Part shown: positions 9,588-20,184 of the stretch, one piece after another
How positions within the stretch are numbered: the first letter of the stretch is position 1
Layout of the letters: each line of letters opens with the position of its first letter
DNA from: a virus
Virus record (IMG/VR): IMGVR_UViG_3300043395_002349
Span: 1-64,000 of that record
Length of the DNA stretch: 64,000 bases
Strand: one strand, 5' to 3'
Notes under the pieces: model-generated
Told to the model about the DNA's origin: nothing
Seen by the model: the letters and a program-made list of their open reading frames with translations, nothing else
The model's database searches: none
Made by a program: the position numbers and the translations under genes

Positions 9588-10694
9588 TTATGTGTTACTT
9601 ACAAAATCAATAATAAATTTTATATACAAAGGCATTTCAAAATCATCAACTGCAACAATAGGTTTTATTAAATCAAAATTATGTTTTAACTTTGCTTTTA
9701 TTATACTATCATTGTACATATCATTCGGATATTTGTTAATCATTTCATAGAAATCTTTAAGACCCGCTAAACTATTATCATCAAAGAATGTTTCAAATCC
9801 TATTTCTTTTAAGAATTTAGTTGATGGATATTTGAATGAGAAATCATAAAATATATTACCCATAGCTAAAGGTATTACTGATTTTTCAGTAAGTGTGTAT
9901 CTAGGTATCATTCCTAATCTTTTATAATCTTCTACACTTAAATCAGGATTTTGCGTTTCTACAATTACATAATATTTGTAATCTAATGTATCAACTTTAC
10001 ATTGAACCTGGTTAAACCCTTCGTCTATTGTCCATTTATCATTTGTTATAGTATAATCAAAATCATTCTTTACATTTAAACTATCTATATAATATTTTAC
10101 TTTATTATTATGATGTTCATCTGGTTCACCACAATTATTGTATGTATATTTTAATATTGATTTATCATTTGTACAATAATTTTTTTGTAGTAAATATACT
10201 AAATCCCTATCCCATTTTCTTTTTCCTAAATATGTTTTAATTGTTTTATTTTTGTTTTCATTATATTGTATTTCTTTATAATGCTTACTTCGCCAAATTG
10301 AAATTTGTGCTTCAATTGGAAATGGATAAAAAGTATTATCATCAAACCACTCTTCAATTAAAGAATGATAATTTGGCATATGAGATATTACTGTTTTATT
10401 TCCTTTATAATTTTTAAGAATTGGCATTATAGTGTTTTTCATACGAATTTCATCTACATATTCATGCCTTTCAAATATAATAATTCTGTTGTATCTATTG
10501 ATTAAATCTAAAATATTTGGTAAATCAAAATGTCTACTAAAAATTAACAGAACATCATTCGGTAAAAACGTATCATTTATATTTTTTATAAATCTACACT
10601 TAAAATTAAATAATACATCATCAAGCATATATACTTCTTCACCATTTGTAAAAATATCAATTTGAAAAGAAGTTATTTTTTTATTGCTTTCCAT
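9588..10694 (-). CDS. Putative glycosyltransferase (GT10-like C-terminal motif)
   Basis: YYVIVET..LTEKSVIPL..LKEIGFETFF, shared with four paralogs in this cluster. Confidence 0.5.
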   Translation of the reverse strand: MESNKKITSFQIDIFTNGEEVYMLDDVLFNFKCRFIKNINDTFLPNDVLLIFSRHFDLPNILDLINRYNRIIIFERHEYVDEIRMKNTIMPILKNYKGNKTVISHMPNYHSLIEEWFDDNTFYPFPIEAQISIWRSKHYKEIQYNENKNKTIKTYLGKRKWDRDLVYLLQKNYCTNDKSILKYTYNNCGEPDEHHNNKVKYYIDSLNVKNDFDYTITNDKWTIDEGFNQVQCKVDTLDYKYYVIVETQNPDLSVEDYKRLGMIPRYTLTEKSVIPLAMGNIFYDFSFKYPSTKFLKEIGFETFFDDNSLAGLKDFYEMINKYPNDMYNDSIIKAKLKHNFDLIKPIVAVDDFEMPLYIKFIIDFVSNT

Positions 10695-11377
10695 TTATTT
10701 ATTATTTTCTCTGCCAATTGTTTATGTCCCTGTTTATTTAAATGAAATTTTTTATTTCCTATATACAACTCTTTATCTATTTGCCATTTGTGTAATGATA
10801 TGTAATTATCTATTTTCACAATTGTTTCATCTTCTAATTCATTTTCATCAAACCATAATGTTATTAATTTTATTCCTTTTTGCTTACATATATCTTTTAA
10901 GATGTTAAGTTGTATTTGTATTCTTTGTTTTTCTTTCTCTTCATCAAATCCATATACTAAATAATATTGATAAAAGTCCGATAGTGTTTTTACAATATCA
11001 TTTTTATCAAAATCATAATATTTTTTATCATCACCATTATTGAATTTCTTTAATAACTGCTGTTCAGTCCACCAACTCTCTATTTCAAATGATTGATATG
11101 TTAACGATGGTTGAAAATGTATATAATCTTTAACTGCTTTAAACCAAAAGGACATTCTATGTAAATAACTAAACTGAATAATGATTGTATCTATATCGTT
11201 GTATGTATAAATTGATTCATATATTCTATCTAATATATTTTGGTTTGATATACCTTTCTCTGCTAATAATTGTAATTCTAATCCTACATTATTACCAAAT
11301 ATATCAAAATAGCCATCACCATCTACTGCATCGTAATCTCGTATACTATGCGAACAACCGGATACTAAAACCTTCAT
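10673..11377 (-). CDS. SGNH/GDSL hydrolase-like protein
   Basis: N-terminal VSGCSHS, G-x-SN block and C-terminal HLNKQGHKQLA. Confidence 0.6.
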   Translation of the reverse strand: MKVLVSGCSHSIRDYDAVDGDGYFDIFGNNVGLELQLLAEKGISNQNILDRIYESIYTYNDIDTIIIQFSYLHRMSFWFKAVKDYIHFQPSLTYQSFEIESWWTEQQLLKKFNNGDDKKYYDFDKNDIVKTLSDFYQYYLVYGFDEEKEKQRIQIQLNILKDICKQKGIKLITLWFDENELEDETIVKIDNYISLHKWQIDKELYIGNKKFHLNKQGHKQLAEKIINKWKAIKK

Positions 11378-11496
11378 TATACATTTTTGTAAATAAATGG
11401 ATCTCTTTTTCTTAATTCTTTTATTTTCTTTTTAAATTCTCTTTTTAATTTCCAAGCTTTATAAATATTTTTAAGCTTATTAAATAATTTTTTCAT
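11377..11496 (-). CDS. 39-aa basic peptide MKKLFNKLKNIYKAWKLKREFKKKIKELRKRDPFIYKNV
   Basis: Below the ORF-track cutoff. Fills the gap exactly: its ATG lies inside the end of the upstream gene and its stop overlaps the next ATG (TAATG). Confidence 0.75.
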   Translation of the reverse strand: MKKLFNKLKNIYKAWKLKREFKKKIKELRKRDPFIYKNV

Positions 11497-12823
11497 AATA
11501 ATAATCTAATTTAAATTCTTTAAATATATCTGAATAACTATAATTATCTTTTTTTATATTTTCTATTAAAAATCTTTCTATCTGTGCCGTTTTTGAACCA
11601 AATGAATTTAATAAGTTATGATTATGTAAAAGTGAATCAAAATTTTCATTTATTTTATCATGTAATTCTTGTAATGATAATTTATTTAGTTTTTGTATTT
11701 CATACACTATATATTCCATTCTTTTATCATTATCTTCAATATTATCATATTCTTCATTTATCAACCAATCAAAAGTTTTAAATCCAATTTCTTTTAAATA
11801 TTTTAATAAATGTGGCCTACCCACTACTATAAATGGATGAAAATTATATAATGGTTTCCATATTTTTTCTGAAATAAAATCATTATCTATATAAAACGAT
11901 GTTTCTGTGACAATGCTAAAATAGCTGTCTAAATATAAATTTTCGTTTTCATGATGATATCCATTTGTATTTTCTATATCATCTCTATCTGCCACTATTT
12001 TATTTGGCAAAGCATCATATTTTTCTAATAAATTATTTTCAATTAAAAATTTACTTACTTCACCTGTAATTAGGTTTTTATCAAATGATATAATTGAATC
12101 ATTTTTAATATCATTATAAATTTCACAAATTAGTTTAACTCTATGTAAATCAAGTCTTCTGTTTAAACATAAAAATTTATTATTTTTTACTTTTTTATGT
12201 TTTGATTTTAAATCCGTAATTCTATGTTTATTGAAAAAATAAGTTGATGATGCTTTGAGATAGAATGAATAATTTATAATTTTTGCAAATTTTTCAATAT
12301 CATATTTTTCTTTAAATAATTCTAATTTTGTTTTTAAATTATAATCGTTTAAAATTAAAATAATATTATCTAAATTAATATTTCTGTTTTTTGCACCCAA
12401 ATAAATTCCTTTCAATAACCATTCACTTACCCATCCTTCATGTGCATAATTAATAATAATTTTTCCTAAATTATTATTAACATCTTTTACAATTTGAATT
12501 GGAATTTTTTCAAAAAAATTTGCATAATCATCTTTTGCTTCTACATTTAATGAATACATTAAATGACCCCAAGGTTCTATTGGATAATACCATTTATCAT
12601 ATATTTGTTGACCATAGAAAATATGATTTGGTGGTGTCTTTTTTAATCCTAAATTACTTGCCCAAATATTATGTTTTGTTTTAAATTTTTTTTCTAATTC
12701 AAACGATAATTCCGTTGTATTATCATTTTCATTTTTATAAAAAATAAATTCTAAAACTGCTTCATCTAAACAATTTGGAAGAGAATTACCCAAAAACCAC
12801 TTATCATATAATAAATTTATCAT
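11480..12823 (-). CDS. Putative glycosyltransferase (GT10-like C-terminal motif)
   Basis: KFLCLNRR..HR; SYFSIVTET..FISEKIWKPL..HPFIVVG..LKEIGFKTF..YD. Confidence 0.55.
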   Translation of the reverse strand: MINLLYDKWFLGNSLPNCLDEAVLEFIFYKNENDNTTELSFELEKKFKTKHNIWASNLGLKKTPPNHIFYGQQIYDKWYYPIEPWGHLMYSLNVEAKDDYANFFEKIPIQIVKDVNNNLGKIIINYAHEGWVSEWLLKGIYLGAKNRNINLDNIILILNDYNLKTKLELFKEKYDIEKFAKIINYSFYLKASSTYFFNKHRITDLKSKHKKVKNNKFLCLNRRLDLHRVKLICEIYNDIKNDSIISFDKNLITGEVSKFLIENNLLEKYDALPNKIVADRDDIENTNGYHHENENLYLDSYFSIVTETSFYIDNDFISEKIWKPLYNFHPFIVVGRPHLLKYLKEIGFKTFDWLINEEYDNIEDNDKRMEYIVYEIQKLNKLSLQELHDKINENFDSLLHNHNLLNSFGSKTAQIERFLIENIKKDNYSYSDIFKEFKLDYYYEKII

Positions 12824-13722
12824 ACATTATTTATTTCGTTTTTAATGTATGTTGCAATACTATTTGCAGTTATTCTATGACACTCTATTGTTTGATGATC
12901 ATCATTAACTTTATTTCCATTTAATCTGTAATCCGACTTACTTATCATAAATTTAGGATTATATTGAAATAAATTTACTAACGAGTCAAACTCCTGTCCA
13001 TCATATAAAAGTTTTATGTATCTTTCGTTTAAATAATTATTTTCTTTCAAAAATGGTATGTATTCATTGTGCCAGGTCCATATTCTACATTTAACACCTT
13101 TTTCTTCCAATTCTTTAAATAACTTTTCTACTAATTGTATATTTTGTTTACAAAAATAATCTTCCATTTCTTTATATGAAGAAAAATTATTTATATAAAA
13201 TTGAAAAAATTCTTCATACAATTCATCATCAATTTTTCCTTTAAAATTATCAATTGTATTTTTTTTGGTATTATCCCTCAATCTAATTTGTGCTATATTT
13301 AATGTTACTTTTTTATCTCCCAAATATATTTCATTGTTTCTAAATGGGTCAGTTAATTGTAAAATAACATAATCAATTTCATCAAAATCAAATTTTAAAT
13401 TTAAATCACCATTTAAATAACATTTAGATATTGGATGCTCGCCATGATGACCCATTGAAAATATATATTTTAACCACGCAATAGAACCGTCCTCAGAACC
13501 ACTATTTGTTAATCTATTTACTTCCCATGTCCCTAATTCATTTGCCACTAATCTACTCCATCTATTTGCACAGATAAATTTATATGTAGCATACGAAATA
13601 TATTTTGAATCGAATGTGCCATCGGATATTCTTGCATTTATATCTTTATGATTTGAGTACCATTCTAATCCGCCACCCCAAGTGTGTGAACATCCTATAC
13701 AAACAATACCTTTTTTAAGCAT
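12820..13722 (-). CDS. SGNH hydrolase-like protein
   Basis: GCSHTWGGGL at the N-terminus; DDHQTIECHRITA (DxH) at the C-terminus; paralog of 14232..15110. Confidence 0.6.
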   Translation of the reverse strand: MLKKGIVCIGCSHTWGGGLEWYSNHKDINARISDGTFDSKYISYATYKFICANRWSRLVANELGTWEVNRLTNSGSEDGSIAWLKYIFSMGHHGEHPISKCYLNGDLNLKFDFDEIDYVILQLTDPFRNNEIYLGDKKVTLNIAQIRLRDNTKKNTIDNFKGKIDDELYEEFFQFYINNFSSYKEMEDYFCKQNIQLVEKLFKELEEKGVKCRIWTWHNEYIPFLKENNYLNERYIKLLYDGQEFDSLVNLFQYNPKFMISKSDYRLNGNKVNDDHQTIECHRITANSIATYIKNEINNV

Positions 13723-14260
13723 AATATAATTCCGGATATTCTACCAATACATGAATACCACCTTCTTTGGTTGCGTATTTATAAGCTAATTCAATATCGG
13801 TAGGTGTTTTTAAATCGTGAAATTCAATATTTTTACAAATAGATTTAAATTCTTCAAAATAATTTCCTCTATGTTGGTGACCAGGGTCTAATGGTTTATC
13901 TGAACCCTTGCCTAATCTAATAATTAAATTTGGTTTCCATTTTCCATTGCTCATTAGTCCAATCTTATCAACGTGATTTATTAGTTGATTTGCTGCACAA
14001 ATGATAAAATCCCAACGAGGATAAAATGTAACTACAAATTTACCCTGCATAGCCATTCCTAAACTCATACCCATTTGTGATTCTTCCATTACAGGTACTT
14101 CTATCATTAAATCTTTTGATACATTTCCTAATGTTGTACTCATAGGATTTCCAGGATAAACAATCTGTTGCCCTATGAAAACAATATCATCTTTTTTTGC
14201 TAATTCTGTCATTGCATTTGTTAATGCATCTTTATATGGAGTGTATTCTGGTTGACTCAT
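13715..14260 (-). CDS. ThDP enzyme pyrimidine-binding subunit (PDH E1-beta/transketolase-like; lacks C-terminal domain)
   Basis: YKDALTNAM..IVFIGQ..IEVPVMEESQMGMSLGMA..QLINH..GHQH; only 181 aa. Confidence 0.8.
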   Translation of the reverse strand: MSQPEYTPYKDALTNAMTELAKKDDIVFIGQQIVYPGNPMSTTLGNVSKDLMIEVPVMEESQMGMSLGMAMQGKFVVTFYPRWDFIICAANQLINHVDKIGLMSNGKWKPNLIIRLGKGSDKPLDPGHQHRGNYFEEFKSICKNIEFHDLKTPTDIELAYKYATKEGGIHVLVEYPELYYA

Positions 14261-15110
14261 TTTCTTCTATTTTTTTAATTATTGATTTTGCTATTATATT
14301 ATGTGCTGTAAGTGATGTATGTCCGTTAACTACTCTGATATTTTTTGTTACAAAATATAAATCATCACTTATGCTCATACTTTTTGGTCTATCGTTTCTA
14401 CTTTGTAAATCCCATATTGAATTAAAAGTATTTCCATCTATATCAAATGTAATAAATCTTTCATTTAAAAAAGGATTAGTATGAATAAATGGTATAATAT
14501 CGTTTTGCCATGTTATTAAAAAACATTTTTTAATTCCTTTATGTTCATATTCTTTAAATTTTGTTTCAATAAAATCTGCATAATTTTTTAAATATGAATT
14601 TGTAAATGTATTTATATCGTTATTAAATTTTTGTTCTATGTATTTATCAAATTTTGAATTTTTTATAGAATGTATATCTCTAATGTTACAACTATTAATT
14701 ATGCCTTCAAATTCAAATTTAATTTCTTCTCTAAACATATCCGTAAGTTGCACTACAACGTAATCGAAATCTTCATGAATAAATTTAAAAGCTCTATGTG
14801 CACCTTCTATTCCTAAATTATATGCATATTGATATGCGTTTTCAATTTTATCAATAAACTCAAAAATTTCAGCATTTGTTCCACCATTATTTCTTCTAAC
14901 TACATCAAATGTTTCAAAATAAGATGAAACTTTTCTTGCATATCTATTACATTTAATAAATTCTACTTGTGATGCTGATAGTTTATTTCTATCATATCCT
15001 ATATATTCATAATCATGTATAGGATTATTGTATTCAAAATGTAAATCTGAATAATAATGTAACCCTTCTCCCCAAGTATACGAATCACCTGCAAATATAA
15101 TACCTTTCAT
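14232..15110 (-). CDS. SGNH hydrolase-like protein
   Basis: FAGDSYTWGEGL, NGGTN, C-terminal NGHTSLTAHNIIA. Confidence 0.6.
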   Translation of the reverse strand: MKGIIFAGDSYTWGEGLHYYSDLHFEYNNPIHDYEYIGYDRNKLSASQVEFIKCNRYARKVSSYFETFDVVRRNNGGTNAEIFEFIDKIENAYQYAYNLGIEGAHRAFKFIHEDFDYVVVQLTDMFREEIKFEFEGIINSCNIRDIHSIKNSKFDKYIEQKFNNDINTFTNSYLKNYADFIETKFKEYEHKGIKKCFLITWQNDIIPFIHTNPFLNERFITFDIDGNTFNSIWDLQSRNDRPKSMSISDDLYFVTKNIRVVNGHTSLTAHNIIAKSIIKKIEENESTRIHSI

Positions 15111-16087
15111 TAGTTATTAAATTCATCTTTATGTTCTAAATACCACTCATATGCATTTGCCAACCCATCTTCTAATTTAGTTGTTGCTTGCCATCCTAAT
15201 TTATCATAAATCTTAAATGAATCAATCTTACGCGTTGGAATCATAGAAGGTTTACCTTTAATAAATTCAGTTGGTGCATCAAAATTTGCAATTCGTTTCA
15301 TTGCTTCTAATACTTCTAATACCGAATATACTCTATTAGAACCAATATTGTAAACTTGAAAATCTTCTGTTTCTTTTTCCATAACAATTTGCAATGCTTC
15401 ACAAAAATCTTCAATGTATAATAAATCTCTCAATTCACTACCATCACCCCAAATTGGAATAGGATTCATTTTATCTGCCACTTTTCTTATTGTTGCTGGA
15501 GTAACATGGCATTTATTAAAATCATACTTATCATGCGGTCCAAATAAATTTGCAGGTCTTATTACGGTACATTTCATTGTTGTAGGTAAATATTTTGCAT
15601 ATAATTCACATTGAACCTCTGCATATCTTTTCATCCAACCAACTGGAAAATAAACAGTATATGGAGCATCAAATAAGAAATCAGTTTCTACTACCGGTTT
15701 ATCTCCTTTTGGTGGATAAACAGTATTTGATGATAAGAAAATATAATGTTGAATTTTATTTCTCCAACTTGCATCAATTAAAAAATTATTCATTGCTACG
15801 TTTGGAGTAACATGTGCCAATGGGTCAACAACAGTGTCTACTGCATTTGAAGTACTTGCTGCACAATGATATACTACATCTATATCTTTAGTTGCTGCTA
15901 AACATCCTTCATACGTTTTTAAATCATAGTGTGTATACTCAACACCATCCAATTGTGTTCTTACACCTCTATTGTGTAAATTAATTCTTAAATTTTTATA
16001 ACCTTGTTTATATAATCTATTTGTTAAGTTTTGGCCAACTAAACCGGAACCACCTGTAATTAGGATTTTTGAATCTTTTGTAATCAT
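15110..16087 (-). CDS. NAD(P)-dependent epimerase, GDP-L-fucose synthase-like extended SDR
   Basis: TGGSGLVG, RPANLFGPHD, HVTPATI, WGDGSELRDLLYIED; the YxxxK position reads VGWMK. Confidence 0.85.
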   Translation of the reverse strand: MITKDSKILITGGSGLVGQNLTNRLYKQGYKNLRINLHNRGVRTQLDGVEYTHYDLKTYEGCLAATKDIDVVYHCAASTSNAVDTVVDPLAHVTPNVAMNNFLIDASWRNKIQHYIFLSSNTVYPPKGDKPVVETDFLFDAPYTVYFPVGWMKRYAEVQCELYAKYLPTTMKCTVIRPANLFGPHDKYDFNKCHVTPATIRKVADKMNPIPIWGDGSELRDLLYIEDFCEALQIVMEKETEDFQVYNIGSNRVYSVLEVLEAMKRIANFDAPTEFIKGKPSMIPTRKIDSFKIYDKLGWQATTKLEDGLANAYEWYLEHKDEFNN

Positions 16088-16090
16088 ATT

Positions 16091-16753
16091 TTAATTTTCT
16101 TTGTAATTTAAATTTTTTTCTTTCATTATAAATGCTATTAAAGCCTTTCTGTTAAATATATCAGAAGTTACTTTTTTAACTTCGTGTTCTAAATTTCCAG
16201 TTATAAAATCTAATATTGCTATATTTCCAAACTTAGGTTCTATTTCAATTTTGTTTCCATTTTCATCGGTTATTATCAATTCACCACCCATACCCTTTTC
16301 CCAATCTTTATTTAAATATAAAATAATAACACATAATCTTTTATCATCATTATCATATCCATCTTTATGATTTTTTATAAAACATCCATTATTATAAATT
16401 GATATATTAAATGATGGAGCCCCAAATACATATTGATTTGAATAAAATTCTCTTAATTTAGTGTAGCAATACTGCCCAAGTTCATTTGTTCCAAATATTT
16501 CATTAGTTTTTGATTGAAACCAAAATTGAACAATATCTTTATTATTTAATAATTTTTCTTTTTTTTCATTTTGTATTGCAAAAGTATCATTTTGAATTAT
16601 TTTTACATTATTTACTTCATTTTTAGATAAAATAATTTCAAAACTATCTTCTATTGCTGGTAAGTCAATATATACTTTTTCTAGTAAATTTTCGTATTTT
16701 TCACCAAAAAAATCAATTCCACTTCCTATAATATATCCGTTATCAATTTTCAT
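16091..16753 (-). CDS. 2OG-Fe(II) oxygenase (prolyl-hydroxylase-like)
   Basis: IKNHKDG (HxD), LYLNKDW..GGEL, HEV, distal Arg. Confidence 0.85.
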   Translation of the reverse strand: MKIDNGYIIGSGIDFFGEKYENLLEKVYIDLPAIEDSFEIILSKNEVNNVKIIQNDTFAIQNEKKEKLLNNKDIVQFWFQSKTNEIFGTNELGQYCYTKLREFYSNQYVFGAPSFNISIYNNGCFIKNHKDGYDNDDKRLCVIILYLNKDWEKGMGGELIITDENGNKIEIEPKFGNIAILDFITGNLEHEVKKVTSDIFNRKALIAFIMKEKNLNYKEN

Positions 16754-17468
16754 TTAAAATAACAAAATTAAGATATGCAAACCTATTAAAATCTCCAATC
16801 ACTTTATGTACAGCGTGAACTGGTGTATTTTTTGTAAAATCTAATACGGCATATGTACCTAAAGTTGGATATGCAATATCAATTGTATTTCTTTTATTTT
16901 TTAAAACCAATTCACCACCATTTCCTGCTTTATAGAATTCTTCTGGTGTAAGATATATTAAAACACCACATAATCTATCATTTATTGGTCCATCATCATG
17001 CATTTTTATAAAATCACCTTCGGTATACCAAGTTAATTGGGCCCTCATTTCAAAATTTTTAGCTGTTATATTTTTGTTATATAACTTATTAACTATTTTT
17101 GCACAAAGATTATCTAAAAAAGAATACAATTCATCAAAAAAGAATTCATCAATACCTACTTCTTTTGTAAATTCAGATATATGTGTATGAACTAATTTAT
17201 TTTGTTGGTGTGGTTCATCTAATGGATTTTTACCCATATCAACAAATGTTTTTAATTCTAAAAATTCATCTTTTGTATAATATGCCGAATCTCTTCTTAT
17301 TGGGTGGTTTGCACCACATGAATACAAAAATGTTACAAATTCGTTATTATCTTTAAATTTTATTAAAGTATCATAATAAGATTGTATTTTGATTTTTTCA
17401 TTTTCATTTAAAAATTCCCAAATACTACCTATTTTATATTCATTTTTTTGTATTTCTAAAATATCCAT
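16743..17468 (-). CDS. 2OG-Fe(II) oxygenase
   Basis: IKMHDDG, LIYLT..GGEL, HAV..R. Confidence 0.85.
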   Translation of the reverse strand: MDILEIQKNEYKIGSIWEFLNENEKIKIQSYYDTLIKFKDNNEFVTFLYSCGANHPIRRDSAYYTKDEFLELKTFVDMGKNPLDEPHQQNKLVHTHISEFTKEVGIDEFFFDELYSFLDNLCAKIVNKLYNKNITAKNFEMRAQLTWYTEGDFIKMHDDGPINDRLCGVLIYLTPEEFYKAGNGGELVLKNKRNTIDIAYPTLGTYAVLDFTKNTPVHAVHKVIGDFNRFAYLNFVILNEN

Positions 17469-17469
17469 A

Positions 17470-17985
17470 TTAAATAAGTTTTAATGCTACTTTTTTCTCC
17501 TCTACTCTTGTATTTTCAATTGCAATTAATTCATGTAATTCTCTTCTAATAGAATCCAATCTTTTTCTATCTTCAGATAAATTATCTTCTAATTCTTTTT
17601 CCTTGTCTTTTCTTATTTTTTGATTATACTTGTTCAAATCATCCACAATTTCTTTTCTTAATTTGGAAACTCTTTTTCTTTCTTTTTCTAGTTCTTTTTC
17701 TAAACCCTCTACTTTTTCTTTTTTTATTTTTTCAATTTCTAATTGTGTCAATTCTTCGTATTCTTTATGAATTTTTGCTAATTCATCACCTAAATTTTTT
17801 CTAAGTGTATCAACACGTTCTCTATCCATTGCAATTGAATCTTCTGTTTCTTGTATTTCTTTCCACTCATAATATAATCTGCTGCGCTCGATCATTATTT
17901 TTTCTCGCTCTGCATTAATTATATTTTTTTGTTTTTCTAAATACTCTAATTCTCTATCTATTTCTTTTTGAGATATAACTTTCAT
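17470..17985 (-). CDS. Charged coiled-coil hypothetical protein
   Basis: E/K-rich, with three similar segments (DRERVDTLRKNL, ERKRVSKLRKEI, DRKRLDSIRREL); ends in KLI. Confidence 0.6.
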   Translation of the reverse strand: MKVISQKEIDRELEYLEKQKNIINAEREKIMIERSRLYYEWKEIQETEDSIAMDRERVDTLRKNLGDELAKIHKEYEELTQLEIEKIKKEKVEGLEKELEKERKRVSKLRKEIVDDLNKYNQKIRKDKEKELEDNLSEDRKRLDSIRRELHELIAIENTRVEEKKVALKLI

Positions 17986-18892
17986 ATGTTAATTTTAATG
18001 CTTCTTTAAAACCGTTAAGTGGTAACAAACCTATTTCTTTTTGTTTAGTAGTATCCATTTGTCTACGAATATCACCATTAGGTTTAGTAGTATCCCATTT
18101 GATATATATATCTTTTCCACTAATTTTTATTAGTTGTTCAATCATTGATTTGATTGTGATTTCTTCACCTGCACCAAAGTTAATAGTAGTATGAATTTGT
18201 CTTTCATATAATGATAAAATTGCATTTGCTACATCACCTGCATATACAAAATCTCTGATGGGCGTTCCATCACCCCATGCTTCTATTTCATTTTCTGCTT
18301 CAAATACTTTTTTACATTGAGTTGCAATAACCGTTCCTGTTCCATCAAAATTATCATACTCACCAAAAATGTTTGCTGGTCGTATGATTGCCCAATTTGT
18401 ATAACTATATTGAACTTTATATGCTTCCAATAAAACTTCACCCATTCTCTTACTCCAACTTGGAAACCAGTCTGCTTCTGATGGTAATGTTTTCCACACA
18501 CTATCTTCTACAAATGTTTCTGCCGGAGCGTATACACCAACTGAACTAACAAATATTAACCAAATATTATTCTTTGCACATTGGTTGATAATTTCAGTAT
18601 TGATTTTAAATGATGGATATAAAAAGTCTACTGGTTTTTCTTTAGCTCTTAATGGTGAACCTTTTACTCCAAAACAATTAAATACAACATCCGGAGTTTC
18701 ATAGAAAAATAATTGTTCTATATTTTCTGTTTTTGTTAAATCCATTTCATAGAATGTAAATTTTTGTGATATTGGTAAATCATCAGATTTTTTCATATCT
18801 ACACCAATTACTTCATATCCTTTTGCTAAACATTGTTTTACTAAATGTATTCCTACTAATCCACTGCAGCCTGTTATTAAAACTTTTTTCAT
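17954..18892 (-). CDS. NAD(P)-dependent epimerase, GDP-L-fucose synthase-like extended SDR
   Basis: TGCSGLVG, RPANIFGEYDNF, WGDGTPIRDFVYAGD, WDTTKPNG; the YxxxK position reads PSWSK. Confidence 0.85.
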   Translation of the reverse strand: MKKVLITGCSGLVGIHLVKQCLAKGYEVIGVDMKKSDDLPISQKFTFYEMDLTKTENIEQLFFYETPDVVFNCFGVKGSPLRAKEKPVDFLYPSFKINTEIINQCAKNNIWLIFVSSVGVYAPAETFVEDSVWKTLPSEADWFPSWSKRMGEVLLEAYKVQYSYTNWAIIRPANIFGEYDNFDGTGTVIATQCKKVFEAENEIEAWGDGTPIRDFVYAGDVANAILSLYERQIHTTINFGAGEEITIKSMIEQLIKISGKDIYIKWDTTKPNGDIRRQMDTTKQKEIGLLPLNGFKEALKLTYESYISKRNR

Positions 18893-20184
18893 TATATAAT
18901 TTTTGTTTCTATTAATTTAGAATAATAATCGTAAAGAACTTGATTTCTGTCAAATCCTAATAATAGTTTTTGATTTTGTTCAATTCTATCCATATCAAAG
19001 GTAGGAAGTTTTTCGTTTTCTTCAAAATATTTAATTAATTTTTTAATTTGTTCAAATGTTTTTACTAATCTTAACCAAGGAAATTCTTCACTATCAATAT
19101 AATCATAATCTATAAAAGGTGGAATATAAAATCCCATATCTTCCAAAATTTTTGTTGTATATCTTGGTCCAATTACAATAAACGGATGACAATTCGCAAT
19201 CGGTCTTAATACTTTTTCCGAAATCATTATATCTCTTTCAAAATATTTTGTTTCTAAAACTATTGAAAAATAACTTTCTGCATATAACCAAGCATCATTA
19301 TTCCAATTATGTAAAAGATTTTCAACATATCCTGGATCATTTTTTCTCACATCTACCGATACTTCATCATGTGGTGCATTGTCAATATAAAATTGTTTAT
19401 ATTCATTTAATATTGGCATTCCCATTGTTTCATAAAATTTTACATGTTCATCTGGAAATTCTAAAAAAGAAATATAATTATCTTCTATTAAGTTTTCTAA
19501 TCTACAAAAATTATAAAACCAAAAACGATGTTCTCTTTTTACATTTCGATTAAATGATAAAATCATTTTTCTTTTTCCTACATTTTCATACATTTCTCTA
19601 TTACACACACTAAATATGCTTCCATCGTTTTTAAAATTATGGTCTAAATCATACGTTAAAAATGGAAAAAATATATGGTTTCCTTTTGAAAATTGTTTTA
19701 TATTATAACAAGGTGTTATGGTATATATTTGTGAGTGATATTTGTTATTATTTATCCATTCATAAAATTTTGTATAAACTCCACTTTCATGAAAACTAAC
19801 AAATAAAATTTTGTTTCCCTGTTCTAAAATAGAATCATAATGTGGAAGATATTCATGTAAATCTTCCATGTGAACTTTTGGTGTAACTAAATAATAATTA
19901 GCTACTGCTCCTTCTAATTTTGGTTTATCTGTTAATACAATTTTTAAATCTTTATATTCAAATGCAACTGCATAACGTTTTTCACCATATTTTGCTCTTA
20001 GAAAAATTTCATTCAAACTACTTTGTAATTGTGAATCTCTTATTTCATCAATTACACCTGTAAAGTTATTTGACGCAAACGTTTGTGTAAAATTAAAATC
20101 TTTAACCCCATTTGGTAGTGGGGTAAACCCATCATTTATACCATCATTTGCCCAATTTTCAATATAAAAATTTATTATTTTCAT
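18892..20184 (-). CDS. Putative glycosyltransferase (GT10-like C-terminal motif)
   Basis: LSFNRNVKREHR; SYFSIVLET..ISEKVLRPI..HPFIVIG..LEDMGF. Confidence 0.55.
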   Translation of the reverse strand: MKIINFYIENWANDGINDGFTPLPNGVKDFNFTQTFASNNFTGVIDEIRDSQLQSSLNEIFLRAKYGEKRYAVAFEYKDLKIVLTDKPKLEGAVANYYLVTPKVHMEDLHEYLPHYDSILEQGNKILFVSFHESGVYTKFYEWINNNKYHSQIYTITPCYNIKQFSKGNHIFFPFLTYDLDHNFKNDGSIFSVCNREMYENVGKRKMILSFNRNVKREHRFWFYNFCRLENLIEDNYISFLEFPDEHVKFYETMGMPILNEYKQFYIDNAPHDEVSVDVRKNDPGYVENLLHNWNNDAWLYAESYFSIVLETKYFERDIMISEKVLRPIANCHPFIVIGPRYTTKILEDMGFYIPPFIDYDYIDSEEFPWLRLVKTFEQIKKLIKYFEENEKLPTFDMDRIEQNQKLLLGFDRNQVLYDYYSKLIETKII

